Source: Myxococcota bacterium (lineage in GTDB: Bacteria > Myxococcota_A > UBA9160 > UBA4427). From it: a DNA stretch of 64,000 nt. The stretch covers positions 2,560,001 to 2,624,000 of the forward strand of contig OZ252299.1 in assembly GCA_965250285.1 (NCBI GenBank), given 5' to 3'. Every line of letters begins with the position of its first letter. The first letter of the stretch is position 1. Below are positions 39,801 through 47,920 of the stretch, in pieces. The notes under the pieces are model-generated. The model had not been told where the DNA came from, did no database searches, and saw only the letters and a program-made list of their open reading frames with translations. A program made the position numbers and the translations under genes.

Positions 39801-39901
39801 TCGATTGGTTCCCGAATTCTCGTTGTTGCTTCGCGCAAAAGCACGACGCGACTGTCCGCGCACCCACGAGCGGTGCGGGACGACCTAGAGAAGTCGAGGA
39901 A

Positions 39902-40282
39902 TCAAATGAGAAGCGTTGAGTTTAGAAGCAGGATGTCCGGCGGTGGGAGGTCAGCCTCGTTTAAACGGACGCTAGGAGGCTTCGGGACGCTCGAGTCGCG
40001 GGGGTTTTCAGCGGGCGCAACTGGCAGCGCCACAAGGTCAACGCCTGTCGAGGTCCCGCTCTCGAGGGTCTTCGGAAGGGCTGTGTAGCTGTCTTCGCAG
40101 CCACACTCATCGTGTGAGTCTACGGGGTCGGCCGGAGCCGAGTCGTGGCAAGGCGGCTCGTCGTGCGCCATGTCGTGCATGGCGCTCGGACTTGAAGACG
40201 GGAGGCAGGCGAACACGCACAGCGGCGCCTGGAGCGCGAAGAGCGCCGCCACGACTGCTATGAGCTTCTTCCTTCTAATCAT
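39902..40282 (-). CDS. Small exported Cys/His protein heading the cus/cop operon
   Basis: Signal-like N-terminus, CVFAC, MHDMAHDEPPCH, ECGC, ends NSTLLI. Confidence 0.7.
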   Translation of the reverse strand: MIRRKKLIAVVAALFALQAPLCVFACLPSSSPSAMHDMAHDEPPCHDSAPADPVDSHDECGCEDSYTALPKTLESGTSTGVDLVALPVAPAENPRDSSVPKPPSVRLNEADLPPPDILLLNSTLLI

Positions 40283-40346
40283 CCCGTTCGGCCCGTTCCG
40301 AGTTCTTCCCACAAGAGGCTATCGGCGGGCTACGCCGACAAGTTGA

Positions 40347-40361
40347 TACCCTAGCGGGGTA
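40347..40361. promoter_or_regulatory. CsoR operator
   Basis: TACCCTAGCGGGGTA pseudo-palindrome between the divergent csoR and cus/cop operons. Confidence 0.75.
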
Positions 40362-40421
40362 CCTGTATCGTACCCTGACGGCAGGAGGGTCCGCAAGGGG
40401 CCCGTTTTACGGAGGCGCAGC

Positions 40422-40706
40422 TTGAAGAAGGAAACCCAGGAGCAGGTACTTACGCGGCTAAAGAAGATTGCGGGACAGGTGGCGGGAATTACCCGCATGG
40501 TCGAGGAAGACCGGTATTGCGTGGACGTTCTCTACCAGATCGCTGCGGTCGAGGGTGCCCTGGACCGAGTTGGGCACCTCGTGCTCGCCTCTCACGTCGA
40601 GACGTGTGTCACGAGCGCGATCGAGAGCGGACGACCGAAGGAGCGCCAAGAGAAGCTAGACGAGCTGATGGAAGTGTTCTCGAAGTTCGGACGGGTTAGG
40701 CCGTGA
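40422..40706 (+). CDS. csoR: CsoR/RcnR-family copper-sensing repressor
   Basis: RLKKIAGQVAGI, RYCVDVLYQIAAV, HVETC (C-H-C ligand set). Confidence 0.92.
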   Translation: MKKETQEQVLTRLKKIAGQVAGITRMVEEDRYCVDVLYQIAAVEGALDRVGHLVLASHVETCVTSAIESGRPKERQEKLDELMEVFSKFGRVRP

Positions 40707-41581
40707 TGGTCGGCTTCGTGCGCTACGGCTTCCTGCCTCTAATGCTCCTGGGGGTGAACGGTCTAGGCGTCTGGCTTGTCGCGGCGGGAGCTCCGGGCAC
40801 GTGGCTTGTGGCGGCGTTGCTTGGAGCAATCGCGCTCTCGTTCGGAGCGGAGAGGGTGCTGCCGTATCGTGAGGAATGGAATCGGTCGCACGACGATTTC
40901 GCGCGAGACACGCTGCATGCACTAGTGAACGAGGCAGCAAACTTCGGAACGCTACTTTTGCTTCCAGTCTTTGCGTCGCTGTTGGCTGTGGGCGGCCTGT
41001 GGCCACATACCTGGCCCTTCGCTCTGCAGGTCGCTCTGGCAGTGGTCGTGGTAGACGTGGGAATCGCACTGGCGCACTACGCGAGCCATCGAATCGAGCT
41101 CCTCTGGCGCTTTCACGCTGTGCACCACAGTGTGAAGCGTATGTACGGCTTCAACGGTCTGATGAAGCACCCGATCCACCAAGCGATCGAAACAGCGGCG
41201 GGAACGACGCCGCTTATCGCGATGGGGCTTCCGCCGGACGTCGCTCTCGCTCTCGTGTTTGCGGTGGCTGTTCAGCTCCTGCTCCAGCACTCGAACGTGG
41301 ACTATCGGGTGGGCCCGCTTCGATACGTGCTAGCCCTCAACGTAGTGCACCGATTCCATCACCAGAAGGACCCAGAGCTCGGCGACGTGAACTTCGGACT
41401 GTTCACGACGGTAGTTGACCATCTGTTGGGCACGTTCCACTACGAAGACAGGGGGCCGCGGTTCACCTCGGAGGAGCTCGGAATCGGCGCACGGCCGAAC
41501 TATCCGAGTAGCTACGTCGCACAGCTCGTTGAACCCTTTCGTCCACAAAGCGAGGAGGCATCGCTGAACTCACTCGCGTGA
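40703..41581 (+). CDS. Sterol desaturase / fatty acid hydroxylase family membrane enzyme
   Basis: His boxes HYASH, HAVHH, QHSN, HRFHH. Confidence 0.9.
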   Translation: MMVGFVRYGFLPLMLLGVNGLGVWLVAAGAPGTWLVAALLGAIALSFGAERVLPYREEWNRSHDDFARDTLHALVNEAANFGTLLLLPVFASLLAVGGLWPHTWPFALQVALAVVVVDVGIALAHYASHRIELLWRFHAVHHSVKRMYGFNGLMKHPIHQAIETAAGTTPLIAMGLPPDVALALVFAVAVQLLLQHSNVDYRVGPLRYVLALNVVHRFHHQKDPELGDVNFGLFTTVVDHLLGTFHYEDRGPRFTSEELGIGARPNYPSSYVAQLVEPFRPQSEEASLNSLA

Positions 41582-41595
41582 CCAAGGAGGCGTGA

Positions 41596-42216
41596 ATGCA
41601 GGCACTTCTAGCGCTCGTGGAGCGACGCCCGTTCGCGTTCGCACTTGGATTTGCCGCAGTTCCGTATGCGGCTCTACGCGGCTACATCGAATGGGTGATG
41701 CACGCGGATCAAACGGTAGCTGCGGCGCCCGGTGATCTCTTTCTGCTGTTGCTCCTAGCGGTCGGCGCGGGCACACCGGCGATGTTCCTGGTCGTTGTGG
41801 TCCGTCGACTCGTCGCCGAGCGTGCGGTGTTTCGACTGCGTGAACTCCTCGAGGTCTACTTCGCGGCTGTTCTGGTGTTCGCGGTCACCTACGCAGTGCT
41901 GCAGGCGGGAAGCCTCGAGCCGTCATTTGCTGGCATGGTCCCCATCTGGGGGCCACCCACACCAGCCGGCGAGCATGTATCGCGACTTCACGCCGTGTTC
42001 GGCGACGCTCTCTACTTGAGCATCGTTACTATGACGACGGTCGGCTATGGCGACCTGGTCCCGCTGGCTGTGGGAGCGAAGGCGCTAGCGGCCGCGCAAG
42101 GTCTGCTGGGCATCGGGTTCGTGGGCCTGGTCTTGGGTCAGTATTTTTCGTCGTGCATGCACTGCGACGCCGACGGGTCAGATAGCGTCGTTTCGGGAGA
42201 CTCCCGCAGCGTCTGA
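41596..42216 (+). CDS. Potassium-channel-family (Ion_trans_2) protein
   Basis: ALYLSIVTMTTVGYGDLVP selectivity filter. Confidence 0.85.
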   Translation: MQALLALVERRPFAFALGFAAVPYAALRGYIEWVMHADQTVAAAPGDLFLLLLLAVGAGTPAMFLVVVVRRLVAERAVFRLRELLEVYFAAVLVFAVTYAVLQAGSLEPSFAGMVPIWGPPTPAGEHVSRLHAVFGDALYLSIVTMTTVGYGDLVPLAVGAKALAAAQGLLGIGFVGLVLGQYFSSCMHCDADGSDSVVSGDSRSV

Positions 42217-42437
42217 GGCGGTGGCTCGATGCGAGGTTCGGTCCGTGACCGCCGTTCATCGCCGTCGACGAGGCCGTGGTCTACGCGTGCGAATCCTGAG
42301 TCTCGCCTGGCGGAGGTCATTGAAGTCGGGCGCACTTTGGTTGCTTGCTCAGCAGAGGAGCGGGCTCCGAGCCTCAGGTTCGAAGCCTGACGCTCGGCGC
42401 GACAGAGAGGTCTTTCGTCCCGCCCTCGCCGGCGGGT

Positions 42438-42585
42438 GTGCCTCAGAGGTGCCTCAAACGAAAAAGCAGCCACGCAAGTGGCTGCTTTCGTTGGGGAATT
42501 GGTGGAGGCGGCGGGAATCGAACCCGCGTGCGATTTAGCAAGATCAGGGCCTTACGGCGGAATTGGGTGCCTCTGAGGGGGCCTC
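42438..42585 (-). repeat. att-like junction C: ssrA 3'-end copy with hairpin, arm repeats and IHF-like box
   Basis: GTGCCTCAGAGGTGCCTCA 42438-42456; AAAGCAGCCAC-GCAA-GTGGCTGCTTT; TGGTGGAGGCGGCGGGAATCGAACCCGCGT from 42500; GATCAGGGCCTTA 42542-42554; GTGCCTC 42567-42573. Confidence 0.93.
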
Positions 42586-42821
42586 GCTCCTCGACCCAGA
42601 TTTGAGGTCACATGACCCAGATGATGGTTATGGCAGCGGAGATCGTACCCAAGTGCGCAGGCGCGAGTCCCACAAGAAAAGTGGAAGAGGTCCCGGGCTA
42701 GGCGCCCCTACGGCGGGCGTACCGCGGGACCCGTTGCCGGCCTTCCGGCCGCCCGATCGCTACAGGAGCGAACGTCGGGGAAGTTGGGGGCTGAGCCTCC
42801 CCCGCGCCGGAGCGCAGCGCT

Positions 42822-43538
42822 CTAGCTGTCGCGCAGCACGTTCCGCGCGCGGTTGGGCGCAAGGCGCATCAGCGCAGGCAAAAGGCGCGCCTTGCCCACA
42901 AAGACCTCGTCCTTTCCGGCGGCAAGGCCGCGGAGCAGCTTCGCGACGAAGTCTTCGACCTCCATGGCGCCGTCGTGCCGCCCAGCCGTCATCGGTGTCT
43001 TGACGAGCGGCGTCACCACGTCGACTACGCGGATGCCCCTGGGCTCGAGCTGAAATCGCAGGCCGCGGGAGAAGTTGCTGAGCGCCGCCTTGGTGGCACA
43101 GTAGACCGGCGCACTCGCCTTCGGCGCGATCGCGAGGCCCGAGGACAGCTGCACCACCACGGGGTCGCGGCCTCGTTCGAGCAGCGGCAGGAGCTTCGCC
43201 GTGAGCGCGATCGGCGCGAGCAGATTGATCGCGATCTCCTGCTCCACCGCGCCCTCGTCGAGGTCGCGATCGATGCGCGATGGCCGCTGGATGCCGGCAT
43301 TGTGAACGAGCAGGTCGAGCGCGTCGGTCTGCTTGCCGACCCATTCGACCAGGCTCGCACGTCCGTCGCGCGTCGCGAGATCACAGACGTGGGTCTCGGC
43401 TTCACTTCGCGCGAGCGCCTCTCCGTTGCGCCCGCAGGTGAGGACGCGCGCTCCCGCCGACAGGAGCGCGCTCACGAGCGCCTCGCCGATGCCCGAGCTG
43501 CCCCCCGTGACGAGTGTCGTCTTGCCGCTGAGATTCAT
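42822..43538 (-). CDS. Short-chain dehydrogenase/reductase (DltE-like)
   Basis: TGGSSGIG, HNAGI, SSGLA, YCATK. Confidence 0.93.
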   Translation of the reverse strand: MNLSGKTTLVTGGSSGIGEALVSALLSAGARVLTCGRNGEALARSEAETHVCDLATRDGRASLVEWVGKQTDALDLLVHNAGIQRPSRIDRDLDEGAVEQEIAINLLAPIALTAKLLPLLERGRDPVVVQLSSGLAIAPKASAPVYCATKAALSNFSRGLRFQLEPRGIRVVDVVTPLVKTPMTAGRHDGAMEVEDFVAKLLRGLAAGKDEVFVGKARLLPALMRLAPNRARNVLRDS

Positions 43539-44209
43539 CCTTCGCTCCTCGCAGTCCGGACGATCTCGGGATCGAGCGCGTCCTCGGGGATCAGGGCATC
43601 GAGGAAGAGGTCCGCGATCTCTTCCTGGAAGGCGACGTCGGGCAGGCGGCCGCTCGGGAGCTGGATCTGTTCGTCGATCAGCAGCGCGGCGAGCCCGTGG
43701 ACGAGTGCCCAGCCGGCGGCCGACGCCATCTCCGTGGCCACCGGCCTGCGAGCGGAGAGCGCGAGGCACGCTGCCGTCGCCTCGCGGGCTGCAGCGGCGA
43801 TCGCGTCGTCGGCCGCGACCAGCTCCGGGTGCGCGGCGCGGTCACGGATCTCGTTCCCGGACATCAGGCGGTAGAGCTCGGGATGCGTCGCCGGAAACGC
43901 GAGGTAGCCACGCGCCAGGGCACGGAGTCGCTCGCGCGGGGCCGTCACGCCCGCGGCTGCGGTCGCGATCGATGCGCCGAGCTGTTCGAAGCCCTCGGTG
44001 GCCACTGCCGCGAGCAGCGCTTGCCGGTCCGCGAAGTGGTTGTAGGGAGCGGTGTGGGACACGCCGGCGCGCCGCGCCACGGCACGCAGGGTCAGAGCCT
44101 CCACACCCTCGGTCTCGAGCAGCTCCAAGCCTGCCGAGATCAGGGCGGGCCGCAGATTGCCGTGGTGATAGGCGGCTCGGGGGCGGGGCGAGCGAGCGGC
44201 GGTCTGCAT
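43535..44209 (-). CDS. TetR regulator (WHG-type C-terminus)
   Basis: YHHGNLR, LTLRAVARRAGVSHTAPYNHF, WALVHGLA. Confidence 0.93.
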   Translation of the reverse strand: MQTAARSPRPRAAYHHGNLRPALISAGLELLETEGVEALTLRAVARRAGVSHTAPYNHFADRQALLAAVATEGFEQLGASIATAAAGVTAPRERLRALARGYLAFPATHPELYRLMSGNEIRDRAAHPELVAADDAIAAAAREATAACLALSARRPVATEMASAAGWALVHGLAALLIDEQIQLPSGRLPDVAFQEEIADLFLDALIPEDALDPEIVRTARSEG

Positions 44210-44214
44210 GGCTT

Positions 44215-44248
44215 GATGTTGACACCATAAATATACGCTGTCAATATC
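44215..44248. promoter_or_regulatory. Divergent promoter / TetR operator
   Basis: GATGTTGACA-N14-TGTCAATATC inverted repeat in the 44-nt gap between divergent genes. Confidence 0.65.
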
Positions 44249-44253
44249 GGGTC

Positions 44254-44745
44254 ATGGGACGACTTTCCCTCCTCGCACTCCTTCTGGGGCCGCTTTGCGC
44301 TGGCTGCTTGTTCGACGGCCCCTTGGGCTTCGTGCCGGGAGGCGCGTTCGAGGCAGAGCTCGAGGCCGGCGACGAGCCCGAATGGTCCTTCGCGGTGGAC
44401 CTCGACTCGGTGGACGTCCAGATCGACTCTTCGCCCCCGCGCACCTTGCGCACCGGCATCGTCGTGCTCGATGGCATACCCCACCTCCCCGTGACCTACG
44501 CCTTTCTCAAGCGTTGGGGTGCGGTGGTGGCTGCGTCGCCTCGTGTGGTGCTGCGGGCAGACGGGCTCCTCGTCGAGCGCCACGCCGTCTTCGTCACCGA
44601 CGAGGCCGCCCACCGAGCCTTGCTCGCCGCGGGCCAGGCGAAGTACGGGGCGCCTTTCCACGGCTCGTGGACGTCGGGGGTGACCGACTGCTTTCGGCTC
44701 GACCCGCCGCACGGCGCGACTCCCGAAGCCGCTGCATCGAAGTAA
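44254..44745 (+). CDS. Hypothetical lipoprotein, possibly split-barrel (DUF2255-like)
   Basis: Lipobox-like CAGC; GPLGFVPGG; ends AKYG...FRLDP. Confidence 0.6.
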   Translation: MGRLSLLALLLGPLCAGCLFDGPLGFVPGGAFEAELEAGDEPEWSFAVDLDSVDVQIDSSPPRTLRTGIVVLDGIPHLPVTYAFLKRWGAVVAASPRVVLRADGLLVERHAVFVTDEAAHRALLAAGQAKYGAPFHGSWTSGVTDCFRLDPPHGATPEAAASK

Positions 44746-44789
44746 GCCATCGTCGGAGCCATCGCGCCCGCAGTATTAGGAGGCTCGTC

Positions 44790-45209
44790 GTGAAGATCAC
44801 AGGTTTCGCGAGGATCGTCGCGCTTGGGCTCCTGGCCTATGTGGGGCTGGTCGTGGTCGTCGAGTCGACGCTCGGGCTCCTGCAGCCGGAGGTGGGCGGC
44901 ACGTTCGTCATCACGACGACGGACGAAGAAGGAATCTCTTCGGACCGTGTGCTTGTGCAGAACTTCAGCGGGGGTCGGCTCTACGCCTCCGCGAACCACT
45001 GGCCCCGGGCCTGGTACCACGATGCCGTGAAGAACCCCAAGGTGCGGGTGACCCTGGATGGAGTCATGGCGGACTACGTCGCCGTTCCCGTCGACACGGA
45101 GGAACACGAACGGGTGGAAGCCGAAATCGGGAACGGGATCATGCTGAAGTTCCTGTTCGGGTTCGCTCCGCAGAGGTTCCTGCGGCTCGATCTGGTCGAG
45201 GGCCGCTAG
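44790..45209 (+). CDS. Hypothetical membrane-anchored protein, deazaflavin nitroreductase-like split barrel
   Basis: AGGAGG RBS; WYHDAVKNPKVRV; ends FLRLD. Confidence 0.6.
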   Translation: MKITGFARIVALGLLAYVGLVVVVESTLGLLQPEVGGTFVITTTDEEGISSDRVLVQNFSGGRLYASANHWPRAWYHDAVKNPKVRVTLDGVMADYVAVPVDTEEHERVEAEIGNGIMLKFLFGFAPQRFLRLDLVEGR

Positions 45210-45369
45210 GCAGGGCGCCCGCTCCCCATCGCACGAATCCGCTCTTTCGTGAGTCCGGAGCGAGGCCGTCGCCCGGCCGGACTGACCCGATCCCCAGCCG
45301 CTTCACCTGCGCGTAGAGAACTTCGTGAGTGGGTCTTCAACTGCTTCCGCTTCGATTGCCCCGCTGGAA

Positions 45370-45388
45370 GTGCCTCAGAGGTGCCTCA
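45370..45388. repeat. Arm-type repeat pair at junction D
   Basis: GTGCCTCAGAGGTGCCTCA ending 43 nt from the ssrA CCA end. Confidence 0.8.
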
Positions 45389-45394
45389 AACGAA

Positions 45395-45420
45395 AAAGCA
45401 GCCACGCAAGTGGCTGCTTT
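45395..45420 (-). terminator. Intrinsic terminator downstream of ssrA
   Basis: Minus strand AAAGCAGCCAC-TTGC-GTGGCTGCTTTTT. Confidence 0.8.
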
Positions 45421-45431
45421 CGTTAAGGAAT

Positions 45432-45799
45432 TGGTGGAGGCGGCGGGAATCGAACCCGCGTCCGAATGGCGTCCAATCGACGCGTCTACGTGCGTAGTCC
45501 TCGCCCAGATTCGGGTGGCGCAGTCGCGAGGTCCTGGAGAACGCTCACCCTATCTCGACGTCGATCTTACTTCCGGATACGGCCGAGAAGCGCTCGGAAG
45601 CCAGTCTCCTCATGACTCTGGCGACCCGCTAGGAGACGTCACGGACCAGAGCTCACTCACCTAATTTTTGTTAGGCAGCGAGAGCGTAGTTGTCGTCGGC
45701 ATTTGAAAAACACCAGACTTGCCGCCTGATTAACGAGAGCACGACCATCTCGGCACGCAGCGTCCACCTTCGACCACCCGTCGAAACCGGATCGCCCCC
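45432..45799 (-). ncRNA. ssrA: tmRNA, tag peptide ADDNYALAA*
   Basis: 5' GGGGGCGATCCGGTTTCGAC; 3' GCGGGTTCGATTCCCGCCGCCTCCACCA with G3-U alanine acceptor stem; tag ORF 45700-45671. Confidence 0.97.
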
Positions 45800-45920
45800 A
45801 CGACCGACCCATCGGCCGGTGAGCACCGGAAGGTAAGCGTGTCGCCGCGTCGGTCAAGGCGGCGGCCCCCAGGGCCGCGCATTCAGGCGCGTGCCCTGCC
45901 CTCGCCCGCCCGGCTGCGTC

Positions 45921-46535
45921 TCAGTTGCCGGGGCAAGGGTCGAGCCGCAGCGCCACCGACGTGGGCCGCGCCTCGGCCGGGTAGAGGCCGATGCTCGAGG
46001 CGACCTGGGCGACGCCGTACTTCTCGATCTTGCGGGCGTGGATGTCGGCGACGGTCGGCCGATCTTCGAAGAGCACGGGCACCACGCAGCGGGTCTCGCC
46101 CGCCCGCAGCACCTCGAGCTGCGCGCCGTCGAGCGCATGCTCGACCGCCTTCGTCTTCGGCATGCCCACCCACTCGCCGTCTTCGCGGTCGATCACCCAG
46201 AGCCGAAGCTCAGCCGGCCGCCCCTCGCTGTCGTAGGCGTAGAGCGAGATCACCTCTTCGAGCTCGGACATCGTCGCGTAGAGCGCGAAGAAGAGGATGA
46301 TCGGGCTGAGCGCGAGCGCCGCGCCCACGAGCGGTCGCGGCACACCGGGCCAGACGAGCAGCCCGCCGAGCACGAGCGCCCCGAGACCGCCGAAGAGGTT
46401 GCCGCCGCGCGGCACCGCGTAGGCCCCCTCGTGCTGCAGTCGAATCGCGAACACCACGAAGCCGAGCGCGATCAGCACGAGGCCGATCGCGCGCTGCACA
46501 GTCGAGGGTCGATCTTTCTGGCTGTCTCCGATCAC
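45921..46535 (-). CDS. Hypothetical membrane protein with DUF2255-like C-terminal part
   Basis: Three TM segments, then LRLWVIDRE...EKYG...LRLDP. Confidence 0.6.
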   Translation of the reverse strand: MIGDSQKDRPSTVQRAIGLVLIALGFVVFAIRLQHEGAYAVPRGGNLFGGLGALVLGGLLVWPGVPRPLVGAALALSPIILFFALYATMSELEEVISLYAYDSEGRPAELRLWVIDREDGEWVGMPKTKAVEHALDGAQLEVLRAGETRCVVPVLFEDRPTVADIHARKIEKYGVAQVASSIGLYPAEARPTSVALRLDPCPGN

Positions 46536-46587
46536 GTCTGGCCTTCCCGCCTTCGGGCGCGTTCACGCAGGGCGCTGTGCGCAGAGC

Positions 46588-47910
46588 CTACTCGAGGTAC
46601 CCCACGGCGCGCAGCCGCTCGGCGATCGACGGGTCGATGCGCACGTTCTCGCGACTGATGCCGGCGCGGGGCGGCGCGGCGAGGTGCGCGTCGAGGCGAG
46701 CGCGCATGTGGGCCGCCGCGTCGGGCTCGAACTCGACCACGTTCGCGTCTTCGACCACGTCCCACTCGAGGTCGAAGAGACGTTCGCGCGCGGCTTCGTC
46801 ACGGTCGCGCACGAACGTCCACGCCCCGTCGTTGAGCGCCGTCTGCAGCGTCGCGCCGGGCATGATCGGCGCGGGCAGCGATGCAAAGCTCGGCCGGTCG
46901 GTCGCGTCGCCCTCCCCCGTGATCAGCGGCACGAGCGATCGCCCCTCGAAGTCGTCCGGCACGGGGATGCCCGCCAGGTCGAGCATCGTGGGCGCGATGT
47001 CGAGGTTGCGCACCTGGGTCGACACGCGCATCGCCGGCACGTCGAAGGGCAGTCGAACGATGAGCGGCACGCGCAGCACCGGGCTGTAGACGTTGTAGGC
47101 GTGCCCGTGCCGACCGTTCTCACCGAACGTCTCGCCGTGGTCGCTCGCGACGATCAGCACCGTGTTCTCGAGCATGCCCGCGCGGTCGAGCACCCGCGCC
47201 ACGCGCGCGAGCACCTCGTCGGTCCAGCGGATCGACGCCAGGTAGAAGCCCTTCTGGTCTTGGCCGAAGATGCGGTGATCGGCGGGCGCGGCGTACTCGT
47301 GCACGTCCATGAAGTGCAGATACAGAAAGAAGGGGCGCGCGGGGTCGCGCCCCTCGATCAAGCGCTGCCCCTCTTCGAGGATGCGGTCGCCATGGGGCCA
47401 CAGCGACGAAGACCACAGCGCCCGCGCCGCCCCATCGGCCCGGGGAAAGACGTAGTGATCGAAGCCCTGCTCGAAGCCGAAGCTCTGCTCGAGCCAGCCA
47501 TTGCTCTGCACGGCGGCCGTGGCGTAGCCCGCGTCGCGAAACACCTCGGCGACGGGCCGGGCGCCGTCGGCCAGCCCGTCGGTCATCGCCTCGACGCCAT
47601 GGGTCTGAGGCCAGAGCGACGTGAGCATCGACGTCATCGACACCTTGGTCCACGACGACTGCGCGAGCACGTGCTCGAACGTGATGCCATGCTCGGCCCA
47701 GCGCTGCAGCTCGGGCGACGTCGGCTGGTCGTAGCCGTAGGGTTCGAGCCAATCGGCGCGCAGCGTATCGACGAGCAGTAGGACGACGTTCGGGCGATCG
47801 AGCGCCGCGATGCGCTCGGCGAGGTCGTCTTCGGTCGCGGCGCGATGGCACGCGAGCGAGCCCAGCGTCCAAGCGACGACGCCCAACAGCGTCGGCATCC
47901 AACGGCGCAT
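46588..47910 (-). CDS. Sulfatase-like (alkaline phosphatase superfamily) lipoprotein
   Basis: PNVVLLLVDTLRAD, AQSSWTKVS, HFMDVHEY, SDHGETFGE, VRNLDIAPT. Confidence 0.88.
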   Translation of the reverse strand: MRRWMPTLLGVVAWTLGSLACHRAATEDDLAERIAALDRPNVVLLLVDTLRADWLEPYGYDQPTSPELQRWAEHGITFEHVLAQSSWTKVSMTSMLTSLWPQTHGVEAMTDGLADGARPVAEVFRDAGYATAAVQSNGWLEQSFGFEQGFDHYVFPRADGAARALWSSSLWPHGDRILEEGQRLIEGRDPARPFFLYLHFMDVHEYAAPADHRIFGQDQKGFYLASIRWTDEVLARVARVLDRAGMLENTVLIVASDHGETFGENGRHGHAYNVYSPVLRVPLIVRLPFDVPAMRVSTQVRNLDIAPTMLDLAGIPVPDDFEGRSLVPLITGEGDATDRPSFASLPAPIMPGATLQTALNDGAWTFVRDRDEAARERLFDLEWDVVEDANVVEFEPDAAAHMRARLDAHLAAPPRAGISRENVRIDPSIAERLRAVGYLE

Positions 47911-47920
47911 GCGCGACAGC

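Larger units (their letters stand above)
21900..42499. mobile_element. ssrA-integrated unit 2 (heavy-metal resistance island), no integrase recognised
   Basis: Bounded by ~90-bp near-identical direct repeats containing the ssrA 3' end (cores at 21900 and 42500). Confidence 0.85.
42500..45431. mobile_element. ssrA-integrated unit 1 (2.9 kb mini-island), no integrase
   Basis: Bounded by the ssrA 3' end and its copy at 42500; four small cargo genes nearly fill it. Confidence 0.85.

Noticed and set aside
3721..42530. ssrA 3'-end copies as extra tRNA or tmRNA genes
   Set aside because: Only ~30 nt (T-arm and acceptor 3' strand) are present, with no 5' half or tag ORF. They are att scars.
3659..45460. 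Repeats as a CRISPR array or integron attC sites
   Set aside because: Spacing is kilobases and irregular, there are no cas or intI genes, and the repeat core is tmRNA-derived rather than an RYYYAAC...GTTRRRY attC hairpin.
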